From contig OZ252098.1 in NCBI GenBank assembly GCA_965248355.1, positions 896,001 to 960,000 on the forward strand: a stretch of DNA of 64,000 nt. Direction: 5' to 3'. This document shows positions 33,876-43,267 of this stretch, piece by piece; positions within the stretch are counted from its first letter, which is position 1; every line of letters starts with the position of its first letter. Both the position numbers and the translations under genes were made by a program. Source of the stretch: Candidatus Latescibacterota bacterium (lineage in GTDB: Bacteria > Latescibacterota > UBA2968 > UBA8231). Under the pieces are notes generated by a model. The model searched no databases and was not told the DNA's origin. It saw only the letters and a program-made list of their open reading frames with translations.

Positions 33876-35573
33876 ATGAATTCAAAGGACATCCTGCCCG
33901 CCGAACTGTGGCTGGCCGTCCTCTGCGGCTTGGGGTTGCTGCTGGTCGGTGTCGGCCTCGGGTACTTGATCAACCTCTACCTGAGAAGGCCGGATCAGCA
34001 CCGTGTAGAGGAGGAAGCCGAGGCCCGGGCCATGCGCCGCTTCGCCGAGCGGGAGCGCGCCCAGCGGCTGACCTTCCTCGAGGAGAAGGACAGCTGGTAC
34101 AAGCTGAAGGCCGACCAGGAGAACCAGCTGGAAGAGGCCCTGGAGGAGCAGAACCGCCGAGGCAAGGAGCTGGCCACCCGGGAACGGGAGATCGACACCC
34201 GGCGGCAGGAGATGCGCAAGGAGTGGGGCCGGTTCAAGAACCAGGAGAGGCGGCTCAGCTCCCGGGAGCGGGCGATACGGGCCACCGAGGTCGAGATCGA
34301 GACAGTCCAGCGAGAGTACCGGGAAAAGCTTGAGCTCGTGGCCAACCTCACCGAAGACGAGGCCAAGGAGCAGCTCCTGGAGCACCTCTCGGGCAAGGTC
34401 AGGGCGCGGGCGGCGGCCATGATCCGGGCGGAGAGGACGCGCGCCCGGGAGGAGGCCGATCGAGAGGCGCGCAAGATCATCGCCCAGGCCATCCAGCGTT
34501 GCGCCGTGGAGGAGGCGGAGCACGCGGCCACCTCCACCATGACTCTCCCCAGTGAGAGCCTCAAAAGTCGGATCATCGGCAAGGAGGGACGCAACGTGCG
34601 TGCCTTCGAGAACGCCACAGGGGTCAAGGTGGTGGTCGACGACACCCCCGACACCGTGCTGTTGTCCTCCTTCGATCCCCTTCGCCGCGAGGTGGCGGCG
34701 CGTTCCATGGACCGTCTCGTCCGCGATGGTGGATTCACGCCGAGCCGGATCGAGGAGGTCGTGGCCGAGGCTCGGCAGAGCGTTGACAAGGAGATGGAGG
34801 AAGCCGGTCACCGGGCGCTCGCGAAGATCGGAGCCAGCGACTACCACCCCGATCTGCCCGCCTCCGTGGGCCGGCTCAAGTTCCGTTCCAGCTACGGGCA
34901 GAACCAGCTCCAGCACTGCCTGGAAGTGGGGCAGTTGGCGGGGCTCATGGCCCAGGAGATCGGTCTCGACCCCAAGCTCGCGCGCAGAGCCGGACTGCTC
35001 CACGACATCGGCAAGACGGTGAGCCGGGAGGTGGAGGGATCGCACATCGAGCTCGGCGTGGAGATGGCCGAGCGATTCGGGGAGCATCCCGTCGTGCGCG
35101 AGGTGATCGCCGAGAGTCACGAGGAACACGAGCGTGTGGATCCGATCTGCTTTCTCGTGAAGGCCGCCGACGCCATCTCCTCGGTCCGGCCGGGAGGCCG
35201 CCGGGAGGACTTCGAGGGATACGCGCGCCGCATCATGAAGCTGGAGGAGATCGCCACCTCCTTCGAAGGCGTGAAGGATGTCTACGCCATCAACGCCGGG
35301 CGCGAGATCCGCGTCATGGTGCGGGGGGAGCACGTGAGCGACGACGACGCGGAGATCCTCGCCTTCCACATCGCCGAGCGAGTGAAGAACGAGCTGACCT
35401 TCGCCGGCGAGGTGAAGGTGATGGTCGTTCGCGAGACCCGCGCCGCCCGCTACACCGGCCTGAGGTCCCGCGGCCAGCGAGTCGCGAATTCGCGTTCCAG
35501 GCGCCGGGGACACGATGCCTCGCCCCACAACGGACGCCACCCGCGCAACGGGCAGTCCCGTCCCGGCGGTTGA
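33876..35573 (+). CDS. rny: Ribonuclease Y
   Basis: N-terminal TM helix, coiled coil, KH (RIIGKEGRNVR), HD (SYGQNQLQH, GLLHDIGK, AADAIS), YAINAGREIRV. Confidence 0.96.
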   Translation: MNSKDILPAELWLAVLCGLGLLLVGVGLGYLINLYLRRPDQHRVEEEAEARAMRRFAERERAQRLTFLEEKDSWYKLKADQENQLEEALEEQNRRGKELATREREIDTRRQEMRKEWGRFKNQERRLSSRERAIRATEVEIETVQREYREKLELVANLTEDEAKEQLLEHLSGKVRARAAAMIRAERTRAREEADREARKIIAQAIQRCAVEEAEHAATSTMTLPSESLKSRIIGKEGRNVRAFENATGVKVVVDDTPDTVLLSSFDPLRREVAARSMDRLVRDGGFTPSRIEEVVAEARQSVDKEMEEAGHRALAKIGASDYHPDLPASVGRLKFRSSYGQNQLQHCLEVGQLAGLMAQEIGLDPKLARRAGLLHDIGKTVSREVEGSHIELGVEMAERFGEHPVVREVIAESHEEHERVDPICFLVKAADAISSVRPGGRREDFEGYARRIMKLEEIATSFEGVKDVYAINAGREIRVMVRGEHVSDDDAEILAFHIAERVKNELTFAGEVKVMVVRETRAARYTGLRSRGQRVANSRSRRRGHDASPHNGRHPRNGQSRPGG

Positions 35574-35588
35574 AGCCGAGGATCCCTC

Positions 35589-36023
35589 GTGGCGGCGGGA
35601 AGGCGCAGGGGGTACGGAACGTTGAGCGGCCTTTGGCGGGTCATCCGCCGAACCACGGCCAGACGCGCGCCTGCAGGATTCCGTGCCGGGGGCGCCCCTC
35701 TGCACGGGATCCCTCGCTTGCGGAAGGGCTCCGACGGCCGCCCGCGGTGTGTCGCTTGTGCCTTGTGCGCGGCTGCCTGCCCCTCGAACTGCATCCATAT
35801 CGAGCCCGCCGCTCCTCCCTGGGTGGACGAGGAAGCCGTGTCGACCACGAGCGAACGCTGGCCCGCCGTGTTCGAGCTCGACCTGGGCCGGTGCCTGCTG
35901 TGCGGTCTGTGCGAGTCGGCCTGCCCCGAGCAGGCGATCTCCCTGGACTCGGCGGGCCCTGTCCCGGTGAAGGCCGAGCGCCAGGATCTGTATCTGGGCC
36001 GTGAGGCCCTGTTGCGGCGGTGA
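35589..36023 (+). CDS. NuoI-like 2x[4Fe-4S] ferredoxin-domain protein
   Basis: RCVACALCAAACP and FELDLGRCLLCGLCESACPEQAI; ends REALL like NuoI. Confidence 0.8.
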   Translation: MAAGRRRGYGTLSGLWRVIRRTTARRAPAGFRAGGAPLHGIPRLRKGSDGRPRCVACALCAAACPSNCIHIEPAAPPWVDEEAVSTTSERWPAVFELDLGRCLLCGLCESACPEQAISLDSAGPVPVKAERQDLYLGREALLRR

Positions 36024-37219
36024 CGCGCCTCGCCATCCTCGGGAGCACCGGGTCGATCGGTTCGACGACCTTCACGGTTCTGGAGAGTCTGCGCCGTCAG
36101 GACGGGGAGGCGGAGTGGGAGGTCGTGGCATTGGCCGGGGGACGGCGTATCGACGAGCTGATCCGCCAGGCCAGGCGTTGGTCTCCCAGACGCATATGCG
36201 TGGCCGGCCGCGAGGACGCTCAACGGGTCCGGGGTGAGTTGCCCGGTATCGAAGTCCTGTCCGGAGAGCAGGGGCTGTGCGAACTGGCCGCCGACGACAG
36301 GGTGGACGTCGTCGTCAACGGCCTCGTCGGCGCCGTGGGACTGCCGCCGACGATGGCCGCCCTGGGCGCCGGCAAGGCGGTGGCCATGGCCAACAAGGAG
36401 CCGCTGGTCATGGCAGGGGGTCTGCTGCAGGAGGCGGCGCGGGCGGGCGGGGGAGAGCTGCTGCCCGTGGACAGCGAGCCCAGCGCCCTGTGGCAATGTC
36501 TGCGAGGCGAGCGTGAGGAGGATGTCTCCCGGCTGATCCTGACCGCCTCGGGCGGGGCCTTTCGCGACCGCAACCGCAAGGAGCTCGCCCGGGTGACGCC
36601 GGCCGAGGCCCTCGATCACCCGACCTGGAGGATGGGACCGAAGATCACCATCGACTCGGCGACCCTGATGAACAAGGGATTCGAAGTCATCGAGGCGGCC
36701 TGGCTCTTCGGTGTGGACGTAGACCGCGTGGAGGTCGTGATTCATCGGGAGTCGATCGTGCACTCCATGGTGGAATTCACCGACGGGTCCATCCTCGCTC
36801 ACCTCGGACGAACCGACATGAGCCTGCCCATCCAGTACGCCCTCACCCATCCCAGGCGCAGGCCCGGTCCATTGCCGCGGCTGCCTCTTGCAGGCGTCGG
36901 GGCCTTGCACTTCGAAGCCCCGGATCCGGAGCGGGTCCCGGGCCTGTCCCTGTGCTACGATGCGGCCCGAGCCGGCGGCACCACGCCGGCGGCCTTGAAC
37001 GCGGCCAACGAGGTCGCGGTCTCCGCATTCCTCGAAGGGAGGCTGGGCTTTCTGCAGATCCACGAGTTGAACCTGTCCGTCGTCGACGGCTGGGAGTCCG
37101 GTCCGGCCACCGACCTGGAGACCATCCTGGAGGCCGACCGGCGGGCCCGGGCTCGGGCCGGAGACCACCTGTCTGCCGCCACGACCGGAATCGGCCATCG
37201 AGGGAAGGGAGGGACATGA
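36020..37219 (+). CDS. dxr: 1-deoxy-D-xylulose 5-phosphate reductoisomerase
   Basis: ILGSTGSIG, ANKE, PVDSE, LTASGG, HPTWRMGPKITIDSATLMNKG, NAANE. Confidence 0.98.
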   Translation: MTRLAILGSTGSIGSTTFTVLESLRRQDGEAEWEVVALAGGRRIDELIRQARRWSPRRICVAGREDAQRVRGELPGIEVLSGEQGLCELAADDRVDVVVNGLVGAVGLPPTMAALGAGKAVAMANKEPLVMAGGLLQEAARAGGGELLPVDSEPSALWQCLRGEREEDVSRLILTASGGAFRDRNRKELARVTPAEALDHPTWRMGPKITIDSATLMNKGFEVIEAAWLFGVDVDRVEVVIHRESIVHSMVEFTDGSILAHLGRTDMSLPIQYALTHPRRRPGPLPRLPLAGVGALHFEAPDPERVPGLSLCYDAARAGGTTPAALNAANEVAVSAFLEGRLGFLQIHELNLSVVDGWESGPATDLETILEADRRARARAGDHLSAATTGIGHRGKGGT

Positions 37220-37485
37220 CCCGGCAGGATTCCAAGCCACCGACGGCGTCCGTCCCGGACCTGAACGCCATCTACGAGGTCTCCCACCGCGTCCTGCGCT
37301 ACCTCACCGGCGTGATGATCGTCGCCTTCATCCTGATCGTCGTGCTCACCAGCATCTCCACCGGACCCTTCGTGCAGGTCGTGGCCCGCGGGCTGTACTT
37401 CCTGATTCTCGCCGTTCCCCTCGCCTCTCTGCTCACCTGGATCCTGCGATTGTGGGCCGAGAGAAGGGCCCGGGAGCCGCTGTGA
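37216..37485 (+). CDS. Small two-TM membrane protein
   Basis: GGAGG RBS, ATGA overlap with dxr, two hydrophobic helices. Confidence 0.7.
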   Translation: MTRQDSKPPTASVPDLNAIYEVSHRVLRYLTGVMIVAFILIVVLTSISTGPFVQVVARGLYFLILAVPLASLLTWILRLWAERRAREPL

Positions 37486-37527
37486 TCCGGGCCGGCTGAA
37501 CCAGGGGCAGGCCGGCCGACCCGCCCG

Positions 37528-37968
37528 ATGGAGATCCTCACCGCCAGGGGGCACTTCCACGCCGCCCACCGACAGCTCGACTACGCCGGCAAGTGCGCCA
37601 ACGTCCACGGCCACACCTGGCGAGGTTCCTTCGTGGTGCGGGCCGAGCGCTTCCCGCGGCTGGAGGGTATCGACATGTCCATCGACTTCGGGGCCCTCAA
37701 GGAGATCTTCAAGGGCCTCGACCATCGCATGCTGGTCTCCGCCCGGGACCGGGTCTTTCTCGATGGCGGGCTCTTCGATCCGGAGGGCGTCGTGCTGTTG
37801 CCCGGCGACAACCCGAGCGTGGAGAACGTGGCCCGGTACTGCATGGAGAGGGCGGTCGAAGCCCTGTCCAACCTGTTCCCGGATCGTGGGATCGACTACG
37901 ATTTGGAGGTCACCATTCAGGAGACGGACAACAACCTCTTCACCCTGCAGCGTTCGGTGACCATCTGA
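37528..37968 (+). CDS. queD: 6-carboxytetrahydropterin synthase / PTPS family
   Basis: FHAAH, GKCANVHGHTW (CxxxHGH), IDFG, LDH, PSVENVA, IQET. Confidence 0.85.
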   Translation: MEILTARGHFHAAHRQLDYAGKCANVHGHTWRGSFVVRAERFPRLEGIDMSIDFGALKEIFKGLDHRMLVSARDRVFLDGGLFDPEGVVLLPGDNPSVENVARYCMERAVEALSNLFPDRGIDYDLEVTIQETDNNLFTLQRSVTI

Positions 37969-37970
37969 AC

Positions 37971-38228
37971 ATGCCTCGTGAAGCGCTGATGACCGTGGGC
38001 GAGGTGTCGAGCTACCTGCGGTGCTCGGTCTCGATGGTCAGGAGGCTGGTCAGGCGATCGGAGATCCCCCACTTCCGGCTGGGCCGGCTCGTTCGTTTCC
38101 GTCGCAGCGAGGTCGATGGCTGGCTGGCGGGGCACCACGGGGGCGACTCGTCCTCCGACGGGAATCGCAAGTCCGCCGCCCACCCCGATCAGTTGTTCCT
38201 GTTCGGCGAGTCGGGGCGCGGAGCGTGA
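37971..38228 (+). CDS. Excisionase-like (HTH_17) DNA-binding protein
   Basis: LMTVGEVSSYLRCS..VRRLVRRSEIPHFRLGRLVRFRRSEVDGWL. Confidence 0.85.
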   Translation: MPREALMTVGEVSSYLRCSVSMVRRLVRRSEIPHFRLGRLVRFRRSEVDGWLAGHHGGDSSSDGNRKSAAHPDQLFLFGESGRGA

Positions 38229-40558
38229 GCCTCCCGGTCGATCCTGGGACCGATCAAGCCCATCAGGCCGCGGACGGACCGCGTATCGAGAGAGTCGCCG
38301 TCCTGGGCGCCGGCGTCATGGGCAGCCAGATCGCGGCCTTGCTGGCCAACGCCGGAATCGAGGTCGATCTACTCGACCTCGCCGAAGGGGGCGACGAGGC
38401 GGGACGGGCCCGGTCCGGACTCGAGAAGCTGCGGCGGCAGCGGCCGGGGCCACTGTTCCAGCCCGAGGTGGCGGAACGAATCCACCCAGGCTCCCTGGAC
38501 GACACGTCGGCCCTGGCCCGCGCCCAGTGGGTGATCGAGGCCGTGGTGGAGGACCTCGCGGCCAAGCGCTCCCTCTTCGAGGAGCTTCACCGCCACCTCG
38601 GGCCCTCCGCGGTGCTCACCAGCAATACCTCCGGCCTGTCGATCGCCGCCCTCGGCGCGGCCCTTCCGAAGGACCTGCAGAGCCGCTTCTTCGGCGTTCA
38701 CTTCTTCAATCCCCCGCGCCACATGAAGCTCGTGGAGGTGGTCCCGGGGCCCGCCACCGATCCCTCGCGGATCGAGGTCCTGACCGCCTTCCTGCGGAAC
38801 GGCCTCGGCAAGGGCGTCGTCGCCTGCCGGGATACGCCCAACTTCATCGCCAACCGCCTGGGAGTGTTCGCCGTTATGGACGTCCTGCGCCGCATGGAGG
38901 CCGGAGGTCTCAGCGTGGAGGAGGTGGACGCCGTCACCGGTCCGGCCCTGGGACGGCCACGCAGCGCCACCCTGAGGTTGTGCGATCTCATCGGCCTGGA
39001 TACGCTGGTCCACGTGGCCCGCACGGCCTACGACGGCCTGGACCACGACCCCTGGCGCGGCACCTTCGAGCTCGGCCCCGCTCTGCGCTCCATGGTCGAC
39101 GCGGGACTGCTGGGGGACAAGTCCGGGGGCGGATTCTACCGCAAAGGGGAGAGCGGGATCGAGGCCATCGATCCCGCCACGCTCGAGTACCGCCCGCGGC
39201 GCAAAGTGGCCGCCCCTCTCCCGGACCGTGGCGACCTCGCGGAGAGGTTGGCCGCGGCAGTCGCCCCGGCCGGGGAGGATCCCCTCGCCTGCTTTGCGCG
39301 CGATCACCTGTTCACGACTTTGAGCTACTGCGCGGCCTGCGCGGCCGAGGTGGCCGACTCCCTGGAGGCCATCGACCAGGTCCTGCGCTGGGGATTCCAC
39401 TGGGAAGCCGGGCCCTTCGAGCAGATCGATCTCATCGGCGCACGCGTCCTGATCGAGGGCCTGGAAGCGGCCGGCATCGACCCGCCGGAGTTGCTCGCGA
39501 GCATCGCCGCCACAGAGACCGGTCGCGTCTATGGCCGGGAGGCCGGAGAGCGCGGGGTCCTGGCCCCGGACGGCCAGGGATACCGTCCGCTCCGCCCGCC
39601 CGGGCCCCCGGCCGATGCGGAACGCCTGGCCACCGCCGAGGTCCTGCGGGAATGCGAGACCGCACGCCTGGTTCGTCTCGGGGACGGGGCCGCGGTGATC
39701 GAGCTGCGAGGCAAACTCAACGTCCTCGGGCCCGGGTCCCTGGCCTTCGCCCGCGATGCCGTGTCCGGGGAGGTCTTCGACCTCATCGTCCTCACCGGCG
39801 CCGGCGAGCACCTCTCTGCGGGCGCCGACCTGAGGTACGTCCTGCACCTCATCGACGACGGTCGCTGGGCGGAGCTGGACTCGTACTTGCAGCTGTTCCA
39901 GCAGGCCAGCTCGGGGGTGCGCTATTCGCCGGTGCCGGTGGTCACGGCCGCACGCGGCCTGGCCCTCGGAGGGGGCTGCGAGTTCAATCTCGCGGCGGCC
40001 GCCCGGGTCGTGGCCGCCGAACTGCGGCTCGGTCTCGTGGAGACGCGGATCGGCGTCGTGCCCGGAGCCGGCGGCTGCAAGGAGATGGTGCGGCGCTTCG
40101 GAGCGGAGGTGGATGCCTTCCTGCCCATTCTCCAGGAGGGACGGACGTCGGACAACGCGCTGCAGGCGAGGGCCTGGGGCTTCCTCGATGGCTCCGACCT
40201 GGTCCGGCTCGACGGCGACCGGCTCCTCGTGGCCGCTGTGACCCGGGCCCGGGAGCTGCTCGAGGGAGGTTGGACCCCGCCAAGGCCGAAGGCATTGCCG
40301 GTGGCGGGTCCCCATGTTCTCGACCGGCTGCACGCGGAGCTCGACCAGGGCGCGGCAGAGGGTCGGCTGGGTGCGCACGATGTGGTGGTCGGCAAGGCCT
40401 TGGCCCGGGTGGTGTGCGGCGGCGGCGCCCGCGGGGCCATCTCCGAGGAACGACTGCTCGAACTGGAGCGCGAGGCCTTTCTCGAGCTCTGCGGTACCTC
40501 GGCTACCCGGGCGAGGATCGCGCACATGCTCGAAACCGGGAAACCCTTGCGCAACTGA
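38225..40558 (+). CDS. 3-hydroxyacyl-CoA dehydrogenase / enoyl-CoA hydratase fusion (FadN-like)
   Basis: VLGAGVMG, EAVVEDL, SNTSG, HFFNPPR, DTPNFIANR, ALGGGCE, HMLETGKPLRN. Confidence 0.93.
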   Translation: MSLPVDPGTDQAHQAADGPRIERVAVLGAGVMGSQIAALLANAGIEVDLLDLAEGGDEAGRARSGLEKLRRQRPGPLFQPEVAERIHPGSLDDTSALARAQWVIEAVVEDLAAKRSLFEELHRHLGPSAVLTSNTSGLSIAALGAALPKDLQSRFFGVHFFNPPRHMKLVEVVPGPATDPSRIEVLTAFLRNGLGKGVVACRDTPNFIANRLGVFAVMDVLRRMEAGGLSVEEVDAVTGPALGRPRSATLRLCDLIGLDTLVHVARTAYDGLDHDPWRGTFELGPALRSMVDAGLLGDKSGGGFYRKGESGIEAIDPATLEYRPRRKVAAPLPDRGDLAERLAAAVAPAGEDPLACFARDHLFTTLSYCAACAAEVADSLEAIDQVLRWGFHWEAGPFEQIDLIGARVLIEGLEAAGIDPPELLASIAATETGRVYGREAGERGVLAPDGQGYRPLRPPGPPADAERLATAEVLRECETARLVRLGDGAAVIELRGKLNVLGPGSLAFARDAVSGEVFDLIVLTGAGEHLSAGADLRYVLHLIDDGRWAELDSYLQLFQQASSGVRYSPVPVVTAARGLALGGGCEFNLAAAARVVAAELRLGLVETRIGVVPGAGGCKEMVRRFGAEVDAFLPILQEGRTSDNALQARAWGFLDGSDLVRLDGDRLLVAAVTRARELLEGGWTPPRPKALPVAGPHVLDRLHAELDQGAAEGRLGAHDVVVGKALARVVCGGGARGAISEERLLELEREAFLELCGTSATRARIAHMLETGKPLRN

Positions 40559-40571
40559 AGGGAGAGATCGC

Positions 40572-42038
40572 ATGGGATTGCGCACGGCGTCGGAGTACAT
40601 GCAGGGGCTGAGGGACGGACGCACCGTGTATTTTCATGGAAGCTCCGTGCCCGACGTGACCCGGCACCCTCACCTCGGCATCGCCGCCAGACACGCGGCC
40701 CTCGACTTCGAGCTGGCCGAGGAGGCGCGATGCAGGGAGCTGTTCACCTGGACCGATGCTGGGGGGGATGTGCACAGCCGCTACTACAAGCGGCCGGAAT
40801 CCTCCCGGGACCTGTTGAATCGGCGCGAGATGATCGAGACCTCCACGCGCCGGGGCCGCAGCGTGGTGCTCCTGGTCAAGGAGATCGGCACCGACGCCCT
40901 GTTCGCTCTGGATCTGGTCACGCGGGTCGTCGACGAACGGGCCGGTACGGCCTACAACGACCGGGTCGCGGCCTTTCACCGCCACTGCCGCGATCTCGAC
41001 CTGACCCTGGCCGTGGCCCAGACGGACGTCAAGGGAGACCGGAGTCTGCTGCCGTCGCAGCAGGCGCATCCCGACTACTACGTGCGCATCGTGGAAGAGC
41101 GCAAGGACGGGATCGTCGTACGCGGCGCCAAGGCTCACACCACCGGAACCCCTGTCGTGGACGAGATCGTCGTGCTTCCCACGCGGGCCATCGGCGAGGA
41201 GGATGCTTCCTACGCCGTATCCTTCGCCGTGCCGGTCGATACCCCGGGAGTCAAGCTCCTGGCCAGCCCCTTTGGCGCCGCCGAGGAGGACAGCTCCTTC
41301 CACCACCCGGTCAGCTCCCGGCATCGACTGGTGGACACGCTGACCGTGTTCGACGACGTCTTCGTTCCTGCGGAGCGGGTGTTTCTTCAGGGGGAATGGC
41401 AGGCGGCCGGGTTCCTGGCCAACACGTTTGTCGAGTTTCACCGATTCACGGCGGTTTCCTACAAACCGCCGCTGTGTGACCTCTTCATCGGGGCGGCCGC
41501 CTTGCTCGCGGAATACAACGGCATCGAGAAGGCGAGCCACGTTCGCGAGAAGCTGATGCAGCTGATCGCCTGGACCGAGACGGTGCGCGGCCTGAGCCGG
41601 GCCGCCGCCCACGATTGCCGCATCACGGATTTCGGTCTTGCCGTCCCCGACGTGGTGCTCACCAATCTCGCCAAGTATCACTTCGCCGCTCGATACCACG
41701 AGGCCGTCCGCTGGGTGCAGGACATCGCCGGAGGTCTGGTGGTGACAGGCCCCTCGGAGCAGGACATGGACAGCGCCGAGACCCGTCCGTACATCGACAG
41801 GTTTCTCGGCGGCAGCGGCACCGATGCCTCGGACAGGCTGAAAGCCATGAACCTCGTCCGGGACCTGACGGCCTCGGACTTCGGCGGCTACAACCAGTTC
41901 CTCGCCATCCACGCCGAGGGATCTCTCGAAGCGCAGAAGATCACCATCTACCGCGACTACGACTTGGACCGCTGCAAGAGCCTGGCCGCCGAAGTGATCG
42001 GTGTGGACAGGGATGAGCGCATGGAGGGAGGTTCCTGA
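40572..42038 (+). CDS. 4-hydroxyphenylacetate 3-hydroxylase / 4-hydroxybutyryl-CoA dehydratase family flavoprotein
   Basis: MGLRTASEYMQGLRDGR, AQTDVKGDRS, GIVVRGAKAHTT, VFDDVFVP.ERVF, QDIAGG, HAEGS. Confidence 0.9.
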   Translation: MGLRTASEYMQGLRDGRTVYFHGSSVPDVTRHPHLGIAARHAALDFELAEEARCRELFTWTDAGGDVHSRYYKRPESSRDLLNRREMIETSTRRGRSVVLLVKEIGTDALFALDLVTRVVDERAGTAYNDRVAAFHRHCRDLDLTLAVAQTDVKGDRSLLPSQQAHPDYYVRIVEERKDGIVVRGAKAHTTGTPVVDEIVVLPTRAIGEEDASYAVSFAVPVDTPGVKLLASPFGAAEEDSSFHHPVSSRHRLVDTLTVFDDVFVPAERVFLQGEWQAAGFLANTFVEFHRFTAVSYKPPLCDLFIGAAALLAEYNGIEKASHVREKLMQLIAWTETVRGLSRAAAHDCRITDFGLAVPDVVLTNLAKYHFAARYHEAVRWVQDIAGGLVVTGPSEQDMDSAETRPYIDRFLGGSGTDASDRLKAMNLVRDLTASDFGGYNQFLAIHAEGSLEAQKITIYRDYDLDRCKSLAAEVIGVDRDERMEGGS

Positions 42039-42070
42039 GTCGACTCTGGCCGTTCCCGCGCGGGGACCGG

Positions 42071-42847
42071 TCAGCTGGCCGTCCAGCCCCCGTCCACGTA
42101 CAGGGTCGTGCCGGTGATGTAGCTGGCCGCCTCCGAGGCCAGGAAGACCACGGCCCATGCCACCTCCTCGGGACGTCCGAAGCGGCCCAGGGGCGTACGG
42201 TCCTCCACCCAGCCGCGAAGCCTTTCCCGCCGCTTGACCTCCGCTGTCATGTCCGTGTCGATGTACGCCGGCGCCACGGCGTTCACGCGCACGCCCCGGG
42301 GAGCCCACTCCACGGCCAGCGTCCGGGTCAGGGACGCCAGGGCTGCCTTCGAGGCCGAATAGGCCGCCAGCCTCGGGAGGGCCCGGTCGGCGCCGACGGA
42401 CGTCACGTTGATGACCGAGCCAGCGCCGCGCTGGAGCATCCCCGGGCCGAGGCAACGGAGAACGCGGAAGGTCCCGTCGAGGTTGATCCGGAGGACCTCG
42501 CTCCACTCCTCGTCGCTCCACTCCTCTGCGGCTTTCACGTACGGGCTGACGGCGGCGTTGTTGATCAGCACGTCCACACCATCAGGCCACTTCGCCTCGA
42601 TCCGTTCCGCCAGCCGGTGGACGCCGTCGGTGGTTCCCAGATCCGTGGGTACGGCGAGAGCCTGGCCCCCAACCGACTCCACCATGTCCACGGTGGTCCT
42701 CAACTGGGACTCCGTGCGGCTTGTGACCGCGATCTCGGCGCCGGCCCGGGCGAGGGCCAGGGCGCAGGCCTGGCCGATCCCCCGACCTCCACCGGTGACG
42801 AGCGCCCGCCGGCCTTGCAGGCTGAAGGGCATGGAATGGTCAATCAT
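42071..42847 (-). CDS. Short-chain dehydrogenase/reductase
   Basis: TGGGRGIG, NNAA, YSASK, VNAVAP, VDGGW; AAAGGA RBS. Confidence 0.95.
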   Translation of the reverse strand: MIDHSMPFSLQGRRALVTGGGRGIGQACALALARAGAEIAVTSRTESQLRTTVDMVESVGGQALAVPTDLGTTDGVHRLAERIEAKWPDGVDVLINNAAVSPYVKAAEEWSDEEWSEVLRINLDGTFRVLRCLGPGMLQRGAGSVINVTSVGADRALPRLAAYSASKAALASLTRTLAVEWAPRGVRVNAVAPAYIDTDMTAEVKRRERLRGWVEDRTPLGRFGRPEEVAWAVVFLASEAASYITGTTLYVDGGWTAS

Positions 42848-42982
42848 CCCGGTCCTTTCTCATGTTGACCGTGCCCAATATAGCTCAGGGAGTTCCACCG
42901 TCGTTGCCACGGCCGGACCGCCAGCGATAACCGGGGAACCGGTGACGAGCTCGGCGCGTTCCCCCGTAGGGTGAGAAGGGGG

Positions 42983-43011
42983 TTGATATCCCTCATTCCT
43001 CAGGTTATACT
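42983..43011 (+). promoter_or_regulatory. sigma70-type promoter upstream of the sigma factor gene
   Basis: TTGATA-N17-TATACT. Confidence 0.7.
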
Positions 43012-43267
43012 CTCAGCGATTCATGGGGCCCTGTTCATTCTCCGGGATCCCCTTCCCGGACGCCCCGCCATTCCCCGTCGAAGCGATCCCCGCAATCCCG
43101 GCGCCCGTCTCCCGCGGGTGTGGTTCCACATATCTCCTCCCCCAAGTTGCTCTCCCGGCGACAGGGGCCCGGTGTACCGTTCTTGTCGTCCGAGCCGCTG
43201 CCGTCCTCCCCCTCTCCAGGAACCTGCAAGAGGAGAGGGCACACCCGCCTGAATGGAGGGGTGTCGC

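Noticed and set aside
37971..38228. Excisionase-like gene as evidence of a prophage or ICE
   Set aside because: No integrase, att repeat or phage gene nearby; tightly embedded among housekeeping genes
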